This document shows, in pieces, positions 26,797-34,596 of a stretch of 43,731 nucleotides of DNA. The notes below the pieces were generated by a model, which saw nothing but the letters and a program-made list of their open reading frames with translations, was not told the origin of the DNA and did no database searches. Origin of the DNA: Candidatus Tenderia sp. (GTDB lineage Bacteria; Pseudomonadota; Gammaproteobacteria; Tenderiales; Tenderiaceae); assembly GCA_043755075.1 (NCBI GenBank), contig JAYUTP010000253.1:1-43731 (forward strand). Reading direction: 5' to 3'. Each line of letters opens with the position of its first letter. Position 1 is the stretch's first letter. Both the position numbers and the translations under genes were made by a program.

Positions 26797-28053
26797 CTAA
26801 CGAATATTAATGATCGTCTGCGTCACTGTATCGGCGGTACTGATCACCTGAGCGTTGGCCTGAAAATTACGCTGAGCGGTAATAAGATTCACCAACTGAG
26901 CAGCAATATCAACATTCGATGATTCAAGGGCACCCGATTGCATCAAACCAAAACTCGCTGTCCCAGCCTCTCCAAGCACCAGATCACCAGCAGCAAAGGT
27001 CTCACCCCATACGGTATTTCCTTGCGGACTCAACCCTTGCGGATTGGCGACATTTGCCAACGCCACTTTTCCAAGGATCTGCGACTGGCCGTTAGTGTAA
27101 CGGGCCGAAATAACCCCCTGAGCATCAATATTAATGCCACTCAAACGCCCCGTTGCGTAACCTGTCTGCTGCAATGAACTCACTGCAAAAGAGCTACCGT
27201 ATTGTGTCAACTGAGACATATCCAAATCAAGAGCGATCTCAGCAGCCCCTGTCGCCGCAGAGATGGCAGTTGTCGGTCCCATGGGCAGCACTCCATTGGC
27301 ACCAGAACTCAAAGCAGAATCTAGAAGCCCCTGGTTGTTAAAAATCAGACTCGCCGGTGAACCTGCGACAGTCTCCCCATTGATCTTCAGATAGACACTC
27401 CAGTCATTGGGATTGTTTTTAACGAAATACTGAGTGGCTGAATGCTGCGCCCCCAATGAGTCATAAACAGTTAATGTGGTAGAGCTGTTATAGGACGCCG
27501 GATCCGGAATGGCCAGTGCCGGATTATAGGCCACCAACGGCGTAATCTCCGATGCATCGAGATTCAATCTTGAAATAAGACGGTCTGTTGCCTTCGGCGT
27601 ACCCTCGTTGGTCGAGAGTTGCAAGTCAGCAAGACGCCCAGTATCAAAGGTGGTGCCGCTGGCGGCAACAGAGGCCGGAAATACCTGTAGACGCTGGGCA
27701 CTGCTGTTGACCACATAACCTTCACGGTTAGCGCTGAAAGCACCCGCACGACTGAGGACCCGTGCCCCACTGTCGCTCAAGACAAAAAAACCCTGACCAT
27801 TAACAGCAAGATCAAGGTTGTTGTCGGTGAAATCGACATTCCCCTGCGAAAACTGCTGACTGACAGCAGCAAGACGAACACCACCACCAATGGCGGTTGA
27901 AGATATGCCGCCATAACCGACGGCAAAGAGATCTACAAATTCAGTGCGTGATGACTTGAAGCCGGTGGTACTGGCATTGGCGATATTATTGCCAGTCGCC
28001 TTTAAGTCTGCAGTGGCCGCATTTAATCCACTAAGCGCTATACGAAATGGCAT
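26797..28053 (-). CDS. flgE: Flagellar hook protein
   Basis: MPFRIALSGLNAATADLKATGNNIANASTTGFK ... LESSNVDIAAQLVNLITAQRNFQANAQ. Confidence 0.9.
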   Translation of the reverse strand: MPFRIALSGLNAATADLKATGNNIANASTTGFKSSRTEFVDLFAVGYGGISSTAIGGGVRLAAVSQQFSQGNVDFTDNNLDLAVNGQGFFVLSDSGARVLSRAGAFSANREGYVVNSSAQRLQVFPASVAASGTTFDTGRLADLQLSTNEGTPKATDRLISRLNLDASEITPLVAYNPALAIPDPASYNSSTTLTVYDSLGAQHSATQYFVKNNPNDWSVYLKINGETVAGSPASLIFNNQGLLDSALSSGANGVLPMGPTTAISAATGAAEIALDLDMSQLTQYGSSFAVSSLQQTGYATGRLSGINIDAQGVISARYTNGQSQILGKVALANVANPQGLSPQGNTVWGETFAAGDLVLGEAGTASFGLMQSGALESSNVDIAAQLVNLITAQRNFQANAQVISTADTVTQTIINIR

Positions 28054-28076
28054 AACTATTCTCCTCGATTACTCAA

Positions 28077-28751
28077 TTACATTATCTGCTTGACGTCGGA
28101 CAGCTTGATTCTGCCAATTCCAACCGCATTCACAGTCAGGTCTGTTCCAGGCCTACCCATAATCACACTATCTACTGGCACCACTGTGTTGGTTGTGATC
28201 GATTCAAATTCACCGCCAATATTGGCAAGCGCTTCAATCGAATATTTACCTGGGGCATATACATTGCCATTGCCATCACCACCATCCCAACTAAAGTTGA
28301 CCACGCCCTTCTCCTGACGGCCCAAGTCAATCTGCTTAATCGTCTGGCCACTACTGTCCTTAATTGAGACCATTACCTGACTTGAGGAGGAAGGCACTTC
28401 GACAGAGCCCGCCATTCCACTATCCTTCCAGAGACTTCCCTGATCACTTGAAACCATGACCCAACGCCCCACCAGTGATGACGCCTGAAGCGCCTGATTG
28501 GACTGAAATGTACCCGCCATTGCATCAACTGATTTCCTCAAATCATCAATTCCAGTCACCGATTGAAATTGAGCTAACTGACTCAGAAAAGCACCATTCT
28601 CCATTGGCTTCATCGGGTCCTGATTTTGCAGCTGGGCAATCACCAACTTCAAAAAAACATCCTGCCCCATCTCAGTATTAGGGCCAGGTGTTTTTACGGG
28701 TGTCGACAAACCAAGTCCAGCGAGAACCGTTGAATCAACATGCATTGACAT
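28077..28751 (-). CDS. flgD: Flagellar hook capping/assembly protein
   Basis: FLKLVIAQLQNQDPMKPMENGAFLSQLAQFQSVTG is the FlgD N-terminal motif. Positioned between flgC and flgE. Confidence 0.9.
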   Translation of the reverse strand: MSMHVDSTVLAGLGLSTPVKTPGPNTEMGQDVFLKLVIAQLQNQDPMKPMENGAFLSQLAQFQSVTGIDDLRKSVDAMAGTFQSNQALQASSLVGRWVMVSSDQGSLWKDSGMAGSVEVPSSSSQVMVSIKDSSGQTIKQIDLGRQEKGVVNFSWDGGDGNGNVYAPGKYSIEALANIGGEFESITTNTVVPVDSVIMGRPGTDLTVNAVGIGRIKLSDVKQIM

Positions 28752-28768
28752 GACTTATCTCCCCGCTA

Positions 28769-29176
28769 TTAACGCCCAAGATTCAAGGTCGCCATCAGCA
28801 ATTGTTTTGAAGTATTGAAGACTTCAACATTATTTTGATAGGAGCGTGAGGCCGACATCATATTAGCCATCTCCTCCACCATATCGATATTGGGTGCATA
28901 AACATTTCCCTGCGCATCGGCAAGCGGATGGTTGGGCTCGTAACGCACTAGTGCAGGCGCCTGACTCTCAACAACCTCCTTCACCTGCACACCTGTCGCA
29001 CCTTGTGTATTACCCACCGCCTGCAACAACTCCGAAAAAATAGGGTGTTTGGCTTTATAGATCTGATCTGGGCTACTACTAAGAGTGTCAGCGTTTGCCA
29101 GATTACTGGCGACAGTATTCAGGCGAACGCTCTGGGCATTCATGGCCGATCCTGAAATTTCAAATATGTTAAACAT
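28769..29176 (-). CDS. flgC: Flagellar basal-body rod protein
   Basis: MNAQSVRLNTVASNLANADT ... VEEMANMMSASRSYQNNVEV. Confidence 0.95.
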   Translation of the reverse strand: MFNIFEISGSAMNAQSVRLNTVASNLANADTLSSSPDQIYKAKHPIFSELLQAVGNTQGATGVQVKEVVESQAPALVRYEPNHPLADAQGNVYAPNIDMVEEMANMMSASRSYQNNVEVFNTSKQLLMATLNLGR

Positions 29177-29178
29177 AA

Positions 29179-29589
29179 TTATTCACTCCCCTTAATAGCA
29201 TGCATCAAGCCTTTTGATTTTCCGCCCAGAAACTGAAGGGTCGCCTGATACTCCACCGCATTTTTAGCAAATGCAGCCTGTTCAATATGAGTCTCAACAG
29301 TATTTCCATCGAGTGCTGGTTGGTGTGGCACACGGTACTTTATCCATGAGTCCAAGCCACCATTTGATAGATTTTGAATATGACCTGAGTGCGTGGTACG
29401 CATCGTGGCAGCCTCTTCACCACCACCCTTTGTAGCGCTTCTCATGGCGGCCTCAAAGTCGATATCTTTCGCTTTATATCCAGGGGTGTCCGCATTGGCC
29501 AAATTAGAGGCCAGCAGCTCTGTACGTTGCGCACGAAGCTTTAGCGCTTGTTCATGAACCCCGAAAACATTATCAAGACTGATTGCCAT
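29179..29589 (-). CDS. flgB: Flagellar basal-body rod protein
   Basis: LKLRAQRTELLASNLANADTPGYKAKDIDF. First gene of the rod operon. Confidence 0.95.
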   Translation of the reverse strand: MAISLDNVFGVHEQALKLRAQRTELLASNLANADTPGYKAKDIDFEAAMRSATKGGGEEAATMRTTHSGHIQNLSNGGLDSWIKYRVPHQPALDGNTVETHIEQAAFAKNAVEYQATLQFLGGKSKGLMHAIKGSE

Positions 29590-29644
29590 AACATCACCTT
29601 GTCACCTACTGCTGTTGCAGTGTTGTAATCCTGATTTTCAACAA

Positions 29645-29660
29645 TGCAAGGTAAATGCCA
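29645..29660 (-). promoter_or_regulatory. Sigma-54 promoter for flgB operon
   Basis: rc = TGGCAT-ttacc-TTGCA, 56 nt upstream of the flgB ATG. The geometry matches the flgF promoter. Confidence 0.65.
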
Positions 29661-29763
29661 ACGAAAAAATCACATGAATTTAACGGGGAGAAATGATATT
29701 TTTATTTAAGCCACCAGAGAAAGCGGCAAATAATTGCCGGTGTATACGGCAAACGACTGGTAT

Positions 29764-29796
29764 CAGAAAAATATAAAAGGGCATTCAGCCCCTTTT
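29764..29796 (-). terminator. Probable intrinsic terminator after cheR
   Basis: Minus strand AAAAGGGGC-tgaat-GCCCTTTT followed by ATATTTTT. It starts 28 nt after the cheR stop. Confidence 0.5.
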
Positions 29797-29823
29797 GTAC
29801 AATCACACAAATAATTATGAGTT

Positions 29824-30714
29824 TTATATTTTTGGTAACGCTGACGGCGCCCAAGATGGACGTGTCACCGCCTGTTCTGTGCGCGCTTTCAATTGATAAA
29901 CGATCCCACCCTCATGACGTACTGTTTCAAAATCGTCTGAATAACTGGCCAATGTTTCAGTTGACCCCAAAAATAGGTAACCACCGGGCACCAGTGCTTG
30001 AGATATGCGGCGGAGAATATCTTTTTTCAAATCTGCGGCGAAGTAGATCAGAACGTTACGGCAAAATATGACATCAAATTTACCCATAGAGGTGTAGTTA
30101 TTCATTAGGTTTATTTCTGTAAAACGAACCCGCTTTCTCACCTCTTCTTTCACCTCCCACAAATCATCTATTTTATTAAAGAAACGCTGTTTTCGCTCGG
30201 GGGAGAGTCCGCGTGAAAGTGCCAAGGCATCATATTTTGCACTGCGGCACTGCGCCAGCATAGTGGGCGATATATCGGTGCCAACGATATCAACGTTATT
30301 CACCAAGCTGCCAGGTCTTGATTGCATATACTCCTGAATAATCATGCTAATTGAGTAAGGCTCCTGCCCCGATGAGCAGGCTGCCGACCAGATGCGTAAT
30401 TGATTTTGGCGCTTCTTGGCAATCTCTGGAATAACCAGCTCTTTTAATAATGCATAGGGATGATTATCACGAAACCAGAAGGTTTCGTTGGTGGTCATAG
30501 CGTCAATAATCCGTTCTCGTATGCCTGAGCGTGGCTGCTTTTGCATGGCTTCGATCAGTTCACCTACCGATACCAGTTCAAGTTCTTTGAGTAGGCGGTT
30601 CAGACGGCTGGCGACAAGATAGTGTTTGTTATCGCCCAGCACTATTCCGCACGCCTCCTCGAGAAAGGTGCGGAAAGAGTCATAATCCCGGCTTGATATT
30701 GAGTGATTAACCAC
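29824..30714 (-). CDS. cheR: Chemotaxis protein methyltransferase
   Basis: TTNETFWFRD, RIWSAACSSGQEPYSI, FDVIFCRNVLIYF. These are CheR signatures. Confidence 0.9.
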   Translation of the reverse strand: MVNHSISSRDYDSFRTFLEEACGIVLGDNKHYLVASRLNRLLKELELVSVGELIEAMQKQPRSGIRERIIDAMTTNETFWFRDNHPYALLKELVIPEIAKKRQNQLRIWSAACSSGQEPYSISMIIQEYMQSRPGSLVNNVDIVGTDISPTMLAQCRSAKYDALALSRGLSPERKQRFFNKIDDLWEVKEEVRKRVRFTEINLMNNYTSMGKFDVIFCRNVLIYFAADLKKDILRRISQALVPGGYLFLGSTETLASYSDDFETVRHEGGIVYQLKARTEQAVTRPSWAPSALPKI

Positions 30715-30747
30715 GTTCGTCCTTGAATGCTTTTGTTGTGATTGACT

Positions 30748-31698
30748 TCATTCGCCACGTTTTGACAAGGAAAATTCCCTGACACGCTCAAGCACTACCG
30801 TTGCCAATTCATCAGGTTTAAATTTAGGCACAAATTTATCTGCGCCAACCCGTTGCACCATTGCATGGTTAAACGTTCCGCTCAACGAAGTATGCAGGAG
30901 AACAAAAATCCCCGCTAGTCGTGGATCACGACGGATCTCCGTCGTCAAAGTATAACCATCCATCTCTGGCATTTCGATGTCCGACAACACGATGGCTAGG
31001 TGATCCAGCTTAGTATCATTACTATCTGCCCACGCTTTCAATATTTTTAAGGCCTCGCGACCATTGCAGGCCATAGTGCATTCTATGCCTAATTGATCCA
31101 GTGTACGCCTCACCTGATTACGCGCGACACCCGAATCATCCGCCACCAGCACATGGTGTTGGCGAATATCATCTTCAAGATTATCGGTAATACTCTTAGA
31201 AACATCAGCAGATACATTAGAAACCTCAGACAGCACCCGCTCAACATCTATAATCTCGACCAGTTCATTGTCGATTTTAGTAACAGCGGTTAGATAACTG
31301 TTTTTTCCGGAACCTTTAGGTGGTGGCTGTATGTCTGACCAGGTAAGGTTAACAATGCGTTCGACGGAGCCGACCAAAAAACCCTGAATAGAGCGGTTAT
31401 ATTCCGTAACAATCATGAAACCACCCGCAGTATCACCCATCGCTGGCCCGCCAATCGCCATACTCATATCGATGACCGGAATAGTTCCGCCACGCATGGT
31501 GGCAACACCACGTACCACCGAGTGCGAATGGGGGATATGGGTCAGCCGCGGACATTGCACAATTTCCTGAATCTTGAAGACATTAATGCCAAAACGTTGC
31601 CTTCCCACCAGACGGAAGGTGAGCAACTCCAGGCGATTGTTACCCGCCAGCTGAGTTCGCTGATTCACCGCATCCATCACACTGGCCATACCCACCAT
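30748..31698 (-). CDS. cheV: CheW-like coupling protein fused to receiver domain
   Basis: The N-terminal CheW-like domain (LELLTFRLVGRQRFGINVFKIQEIV) is followed by a REC domain (VLVADDSGVARNQV...VLSDIEMPEMDG). Met4 (31689) is an equally plausible start. Confidence 0.9.
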   Translation of the reverse strand: MVGMASVMDAVNQRTQLAGNNRLELLTFRLVGRQRFGINVFKIQEIVQCPRLTHIPHSHSVVRGVATMRGGTIPVIDMSMAIGGPAMGDTAGGFMIVTEYNRSIQGFLVGSVERIVNLTWSDIQPPPKGSGKNSYLTAVTKIDNELVEIIDVERVLSEVSNVSADVSKSITDNLEDDIRQHHVLVADDSGVARNQVRRTLDQLGIECTMACNGREALKILKAWADSNDTKLDHLAIVLSDIEMPEMDGYTLTTEIRRDPRLAGIFVLLHTSLSGTFNHAMVQRVGADKFVPKFKPDELATVVLERVREFSLSKRGE

Positions 31699-31737
31699 TC
31701 CCCCGTTTGTTTATTCACATTTTTCTCAATATTGACT

Positions 31738-31764
31738 CTATCGACCATGAGTACAACTTCTTGA
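31738..31764 (-). promoter_or_regulatory. Candidate sigma-28 promoter for cheV-cheR
   Basis: rc = TCAAGAAG-ttgtactcatg-GTCGATAG (6/8 to GCCGATAA, 11-nt spacer). It lies about 40 nt upstream of cheV. Confidence 0.35.
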
Positions 31765-31775
31765 GAACAGAACGT

Positions 31776-31791
31776 GGGCATATTAATTGCT
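31776..31791 (+). promoter_or_regulatory. Candidate sigma-54 promoter for flgA
   Basis: GGGCAT-attaa-TTGCT (correct GG-N10-GC spacing). It lies about 50 nt upstream of the trimmed flgA start. Confidence 0.45.
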
Positions 31792-31841
31792 TGTTTATAA
31801 CGCATGTTTTTCTGAGTTATTTTGAGACAAATACTGTAAAG

Positions 31842-32552
31842 ATGGGATACAAACAACATACCTTTATTGTTAGCTGCATATTCAACCTGCTGACTCTGGC
31901 GACAGAGGTGGAAGCAGGTGATTTCCAGTCACTGGATGAAATTCGTAAAACTGCTGGGGCATTTGCCGCCCAGCAGATCAACGGATCAGCTCAGCACCAC
32001 CGCATTGAAACAGGCTACCTTGACTCTCGCCTACATCTGCCACGTTGCAACCGGCCTCTTGAGGTTGAACTACTTGGGCAACAGCGCAATACTCCAAATA
32101 TCACCGTGACAATAAAGTGCCAGGGCGCAAAACCCTGGAGCGTTCATGTGCCCGTGAAAGTTTCTATCTTTGCACAGATCTTCGTCACCAACCGCCCATT
32201 GCCTCGTGGCCTCGCCATCCAACGCACCGACCTGCGCCAAGAGCAGCGTGATACCAGCATGCTCAGAAACGGTTATTTTGAGAATGCAGAAGCAGTCGTA
32301 GGCCGTATTCCAAAACGATCCCTCCCACAAGGAATGGCCATCGCCCCCAGCGACCTGGATCTCAACCGGATTATTCAACGCGGCAGTAAAGTCACCATTT
32401 TTGCAAGCCGTGGTGGCATCAGCGTCAATATGCCTGGTAAAGCACTTGCCGATGCTGCTGAGGGTGAGGTCATCAAAGTGGAGAACCTCTCATCAAAGCG
32501 AGTGATCGAGGCGGTGGCTCTACGACCTGGCGTTGTCGAGGTGCAGATGTAA
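31842..32552 (+). CDS. flgA: Flagellar P-ring assembly chaperone
   Basis: Start trimmed to MGYKQHTFIVSCIFNLLTLATEVEA, which is signal-peptide-like. The SAF/FlgA-type C-terminal half reads RGSKVTIFASRGGISVNMPGKALADAAEGEVIKVENLSSKRVIEAVA. Divergent from cheV, upstream of flgM. Confidence 0.8.
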   Translation: MGYKQHTFIVSCIFNLLTLATEVEAGDFQSLDEIRKTAGAFAAQQINGSAQHHRIETGYLDSRLHLPRCNRPLEVELLGQQRNTPNITVTIKCQGAKPWSVHVPVKVSIFAQIFVTNRPLPRGLAIQRTDLRQEQRDTSMLRNGYFENAEAVVGRIPKRSLPQGMAIAPSDLDLNRIIQRGSKVTIFASRGGISVNMPGKALADAAEGEVIKVENLSSKRVIEAVALRPGVVEVQM

Positions 32553-32596
32553 TTCACACTTATCACAATCGACTCACTCAAACAATGGAATACAGT

Positions 32597-32624
32597 TCAA
32601 GAGTCACAACCCTTTGACCGATAT
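32597..32624 (+). promoter_or_regulatory. Candidate sigma-28 promoter for flgM-flgN
   Basis: TCAAGAGT-cacaaccctttg-ACCGATAT, with the same 12-nt spacer as the fliC promoter. It lies 35 nt upstream of the flgM ATG. Confidence 0.45.
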
Positions 32625-32658
32625 TTAATTGAATGAACTACTGCAGGAGAAAACAAAA

Positions 32659-32988
32659 ATGAAGATTGATAACTCTGGCGTGATTATCAGCCAGACGACA
32701 GGCAAAACAGAGAGTGCCAAATCACAGCAACCCCAGACAACAAATAGCGATACACCGCAACAAATTACCAAAACAGGCCCCGTTGATCTGGTGACTTTAA
32801 CCGCTGCTGCCACTCGCATGCAGCAGTTGGAGCAAACGATTAAAGATACTCCTATCGTTGACAGCCATCGTGTCGAACGCGCTCAACAGGTCGTTAGCGC
32901 TGGCAGCATGAGTATTGAGCCTAATCAATTGGCCGCCAAAATACTCAGCTTTGAAGGCGCATTAAACCGTTCCAGAAACGGAGTATAA
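32659..32988 (+). CDS. flgM: Anti-sigma-28 factor
   Basis: Start trimmed to MKIDNSG, with GGAG 9 nt upstream. Low-complexity N-terminus. The C-terminal TPIVDSHRVERAQQVVSAGSMSIEPNQLAAKIL is FlgM-like. Positioned between flgA and flgN. Confidence 0.8.
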   Translation: MKIDNSGVIISQTTGKTESAKSQQPQTTNSDTPQQITKTGPVDLVTLTAAATRMQQLEQTIKDTPIVDSHRVERAQQVVSAGSMSIEPNQLAAKILSFEGALNRSRNGV

Positions 32989-32994
32989 TTAACT

Positions 32995-33483
32995 ATGGTT
33001 CCTGACACAGCACAAAAACTCGGAGCGTTGCTGCAACAGCAGATCCAAAACGCGGAACAGCTAAAGCAGATTTTACAAAACGAAACAGATGCCTTGATAA
33101 CGCGTGATCTTGGCGCCATTCAGCACCTCAGCCAAGAGAAGAGCGAACAGAGCAGCACCTTGGAGAAACTCAGTCAACCGCAACAACAACTATTACAAGC
33201 TGCTGGCCTCCCCTATACCGCCGAAGGAATGAAGCGTTTCATAGAGAGCCAACCCTCCAATTGGGCCATACCACTACGCAAACAGCAATTACACTTACAA
33301 ACATTACTTGAGTCATGCCAAAAACAGAACTTGATCAACGGCAACATTATCACCGCCAACAGATATTCTGCCGAAACAGCATTGACCATCCTGCGCGGCC
33401 AGTTTATGCCAGACAACCTTGTTTACAGTGCTGATGGAAAGGCAGCGACTAGCTCATCATCAACGTCACTCATAAAAGCTTGA
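32995..33483 (+). CDS. flgN: Flagellar export chaperone for FlgK/FlgL
   Basis: Helical, Q/L-rich N-terminus (LLQQQIQNAEQLKQILQNETDALITRDLGAIQHL). The size and the position after flgM fit FlgN. Confidence 0.75.
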   Translation: MVPDTAQKLGALLQQQIQNAEQLKQILQNETDALITRDLGAIQHLSQEKSEQSSTLEKLSQPQQQLLQAAGLPYTAEGMKRFIESQPSNWAIPLRKQQLHLQTLLESCQKQNLINGNIITANRYSAETALTILRGQFMPDNLVYSADGKAATSSSSTSLIKA

Positions 33484-33571
33484 AAAATGAATCCAAGGGT
33501 TAGTATTCTACCTACTTGCTCATCAACCAGATCATGGCCCACTCCAATAAAAAGAATCCGCTCTTGAAGTT

Positions 33572-34276
33572 ATGGAGAAATTAACAGACACAGCTCGGAT
33601 CGTCGGACTACTCAAAAGAGTGCTGGAGCAGCGTGTTTTATTGAGCGCCACCATCGAGAATCACTCGCAGGAATTCACCACAGCCATCATCAATACCTCC
33701 CCTGCTGAAGGCTATCTCATGCTTGATGAGCTTAAACCTGAAAATGGCCAAGCACTTCTCAAGCAGAACCAAACTTTAAAGCTCAAAGCACAAATGGATG
33801 GGGTATTAATGGTGTTCAGCACCACAGTCATGGAAATCGGTGAGCAAGACGCAATCGCTTACTACAAAATACAGATCCCAGCACAGATGGACTATCACCA
33901 ACGCCGTCAGAGTGTGCGGATACCGGCGAGTGCCACCAAATCACTGCCAATTACACTGAAATCAAAAAATGACCTGATACTGACTGGCAGCATGGCCGAT
34001 CTTTCAATCGGTGGTGTACGTATTCGCTTTGACAGCGATCTACCTTCAATACTGGAAGTTGGCCAACAACTAGACTGTAGTTTTCCGCTACCCCCAGATA
34101 ACAAACAGCTACTCCTCTGTAACTTAGCTATTAAGGTCATCAAACGTCAGCATGAACCTTTTAAAGCGGCCTACCTCGGTGGCCAGTTCATCGATATTAC
34201 CAAGCCACAAGAGCGCCAGATTGAACGCACGGTAATGCTGTTACAACGGGCCGTACAGCAAAACCGTAACAGTTGA
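33572..34276 (+). CDS. flgZ: PilZ-domain c-di-GMP receptor, YcgR/FlgZ-type flagellar brake protein
   Basis: A YcgR-like N-domain is followed by a PilZ domain with intact RRQSVR (RxxxR) and DLSIGG (DxSxxG) motifs. It follows flgN, as flgZ does in Pseudomonas. Confidence 0.75.
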   Translation: MEKLTDTARIVGLLKRVLEQRVLLSATIENHSQEFTTAIINTSPAEGYLMLDELKPENGQALLKQNQTLKLKAQMDGVLMVFSTTVMEIGEQDAIAYYKIQIPAQMDYHQRRQSVRIPASATKSLPITLKSKNDLILTGSMADLSIGGVRIRFDSDLPSILEVGQQLDCSFPLPPDNKQLLLCNLAIKVIKRQHEPFKAAYLGGQFIDITKPQERQIERTVMLLQRAVQQNRNS

Positions 34277-34346
34277 TTTCCTCATCTGCGCTGCAACTTG
34301 CTATACTTCGCCGCTGTATCGTAGCGTTATGGTACCAACACTCAAA

Positions 34347-34422
34347 GCCCCGGTAGCTCAGCGTATAGAGCAATCCCCTCCTAAGGGATAGGTCGCAGGT
34401 TAGATTCCAGCCCGGGGCACCA
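34347..34422 (+). tRNA. tRNA-Arg (anticodon CCT), atypical D/T loops
   Basis: Manual cloverleaf: acceptor GCCCCGG/CCGGGGC; D stem GCTC/GAGC; anticodon stem ATCCC/GGGAT with loop CTCCTAA; T stem GCAGG/CCAGC (one A-A mismatch); T loop TTAGATT; encoded CCA. The anticodon arm resembles E. coli argW. Confidence 0.75.
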
Positions 34423-34596
34423 CATCGCTGATTACCCATAGCATCACCCTCTTTATATAAATAGATGATATAGATTATAAAAAGCATTTAATTTATCTTA
34501 TATAAAAAAGCCCCTATCTTAGCGTTGGCGGTCATTATAATTTTAGTGATGACCAACAAATCAGCAAACTGACATAACCAAGACAAGCAGATAAGC

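Noticed and set aside
34197-34487. 96-aa minus-strand ORF
   Set aside because: It overlaps the tRNA-Arg gene and the AT-rich spacer, so it is not credible as coding.
34347-34596. tRNA-Arg as the attachment site of a mobile genomic island
   Set aside because: No integrase, excisionase or phage gene lies adjacent. I could find no direct repeat of the tRNA 3' end elsewhere in the window. Only an AT-rich spacer with two short TTATATAAA repeats is present.
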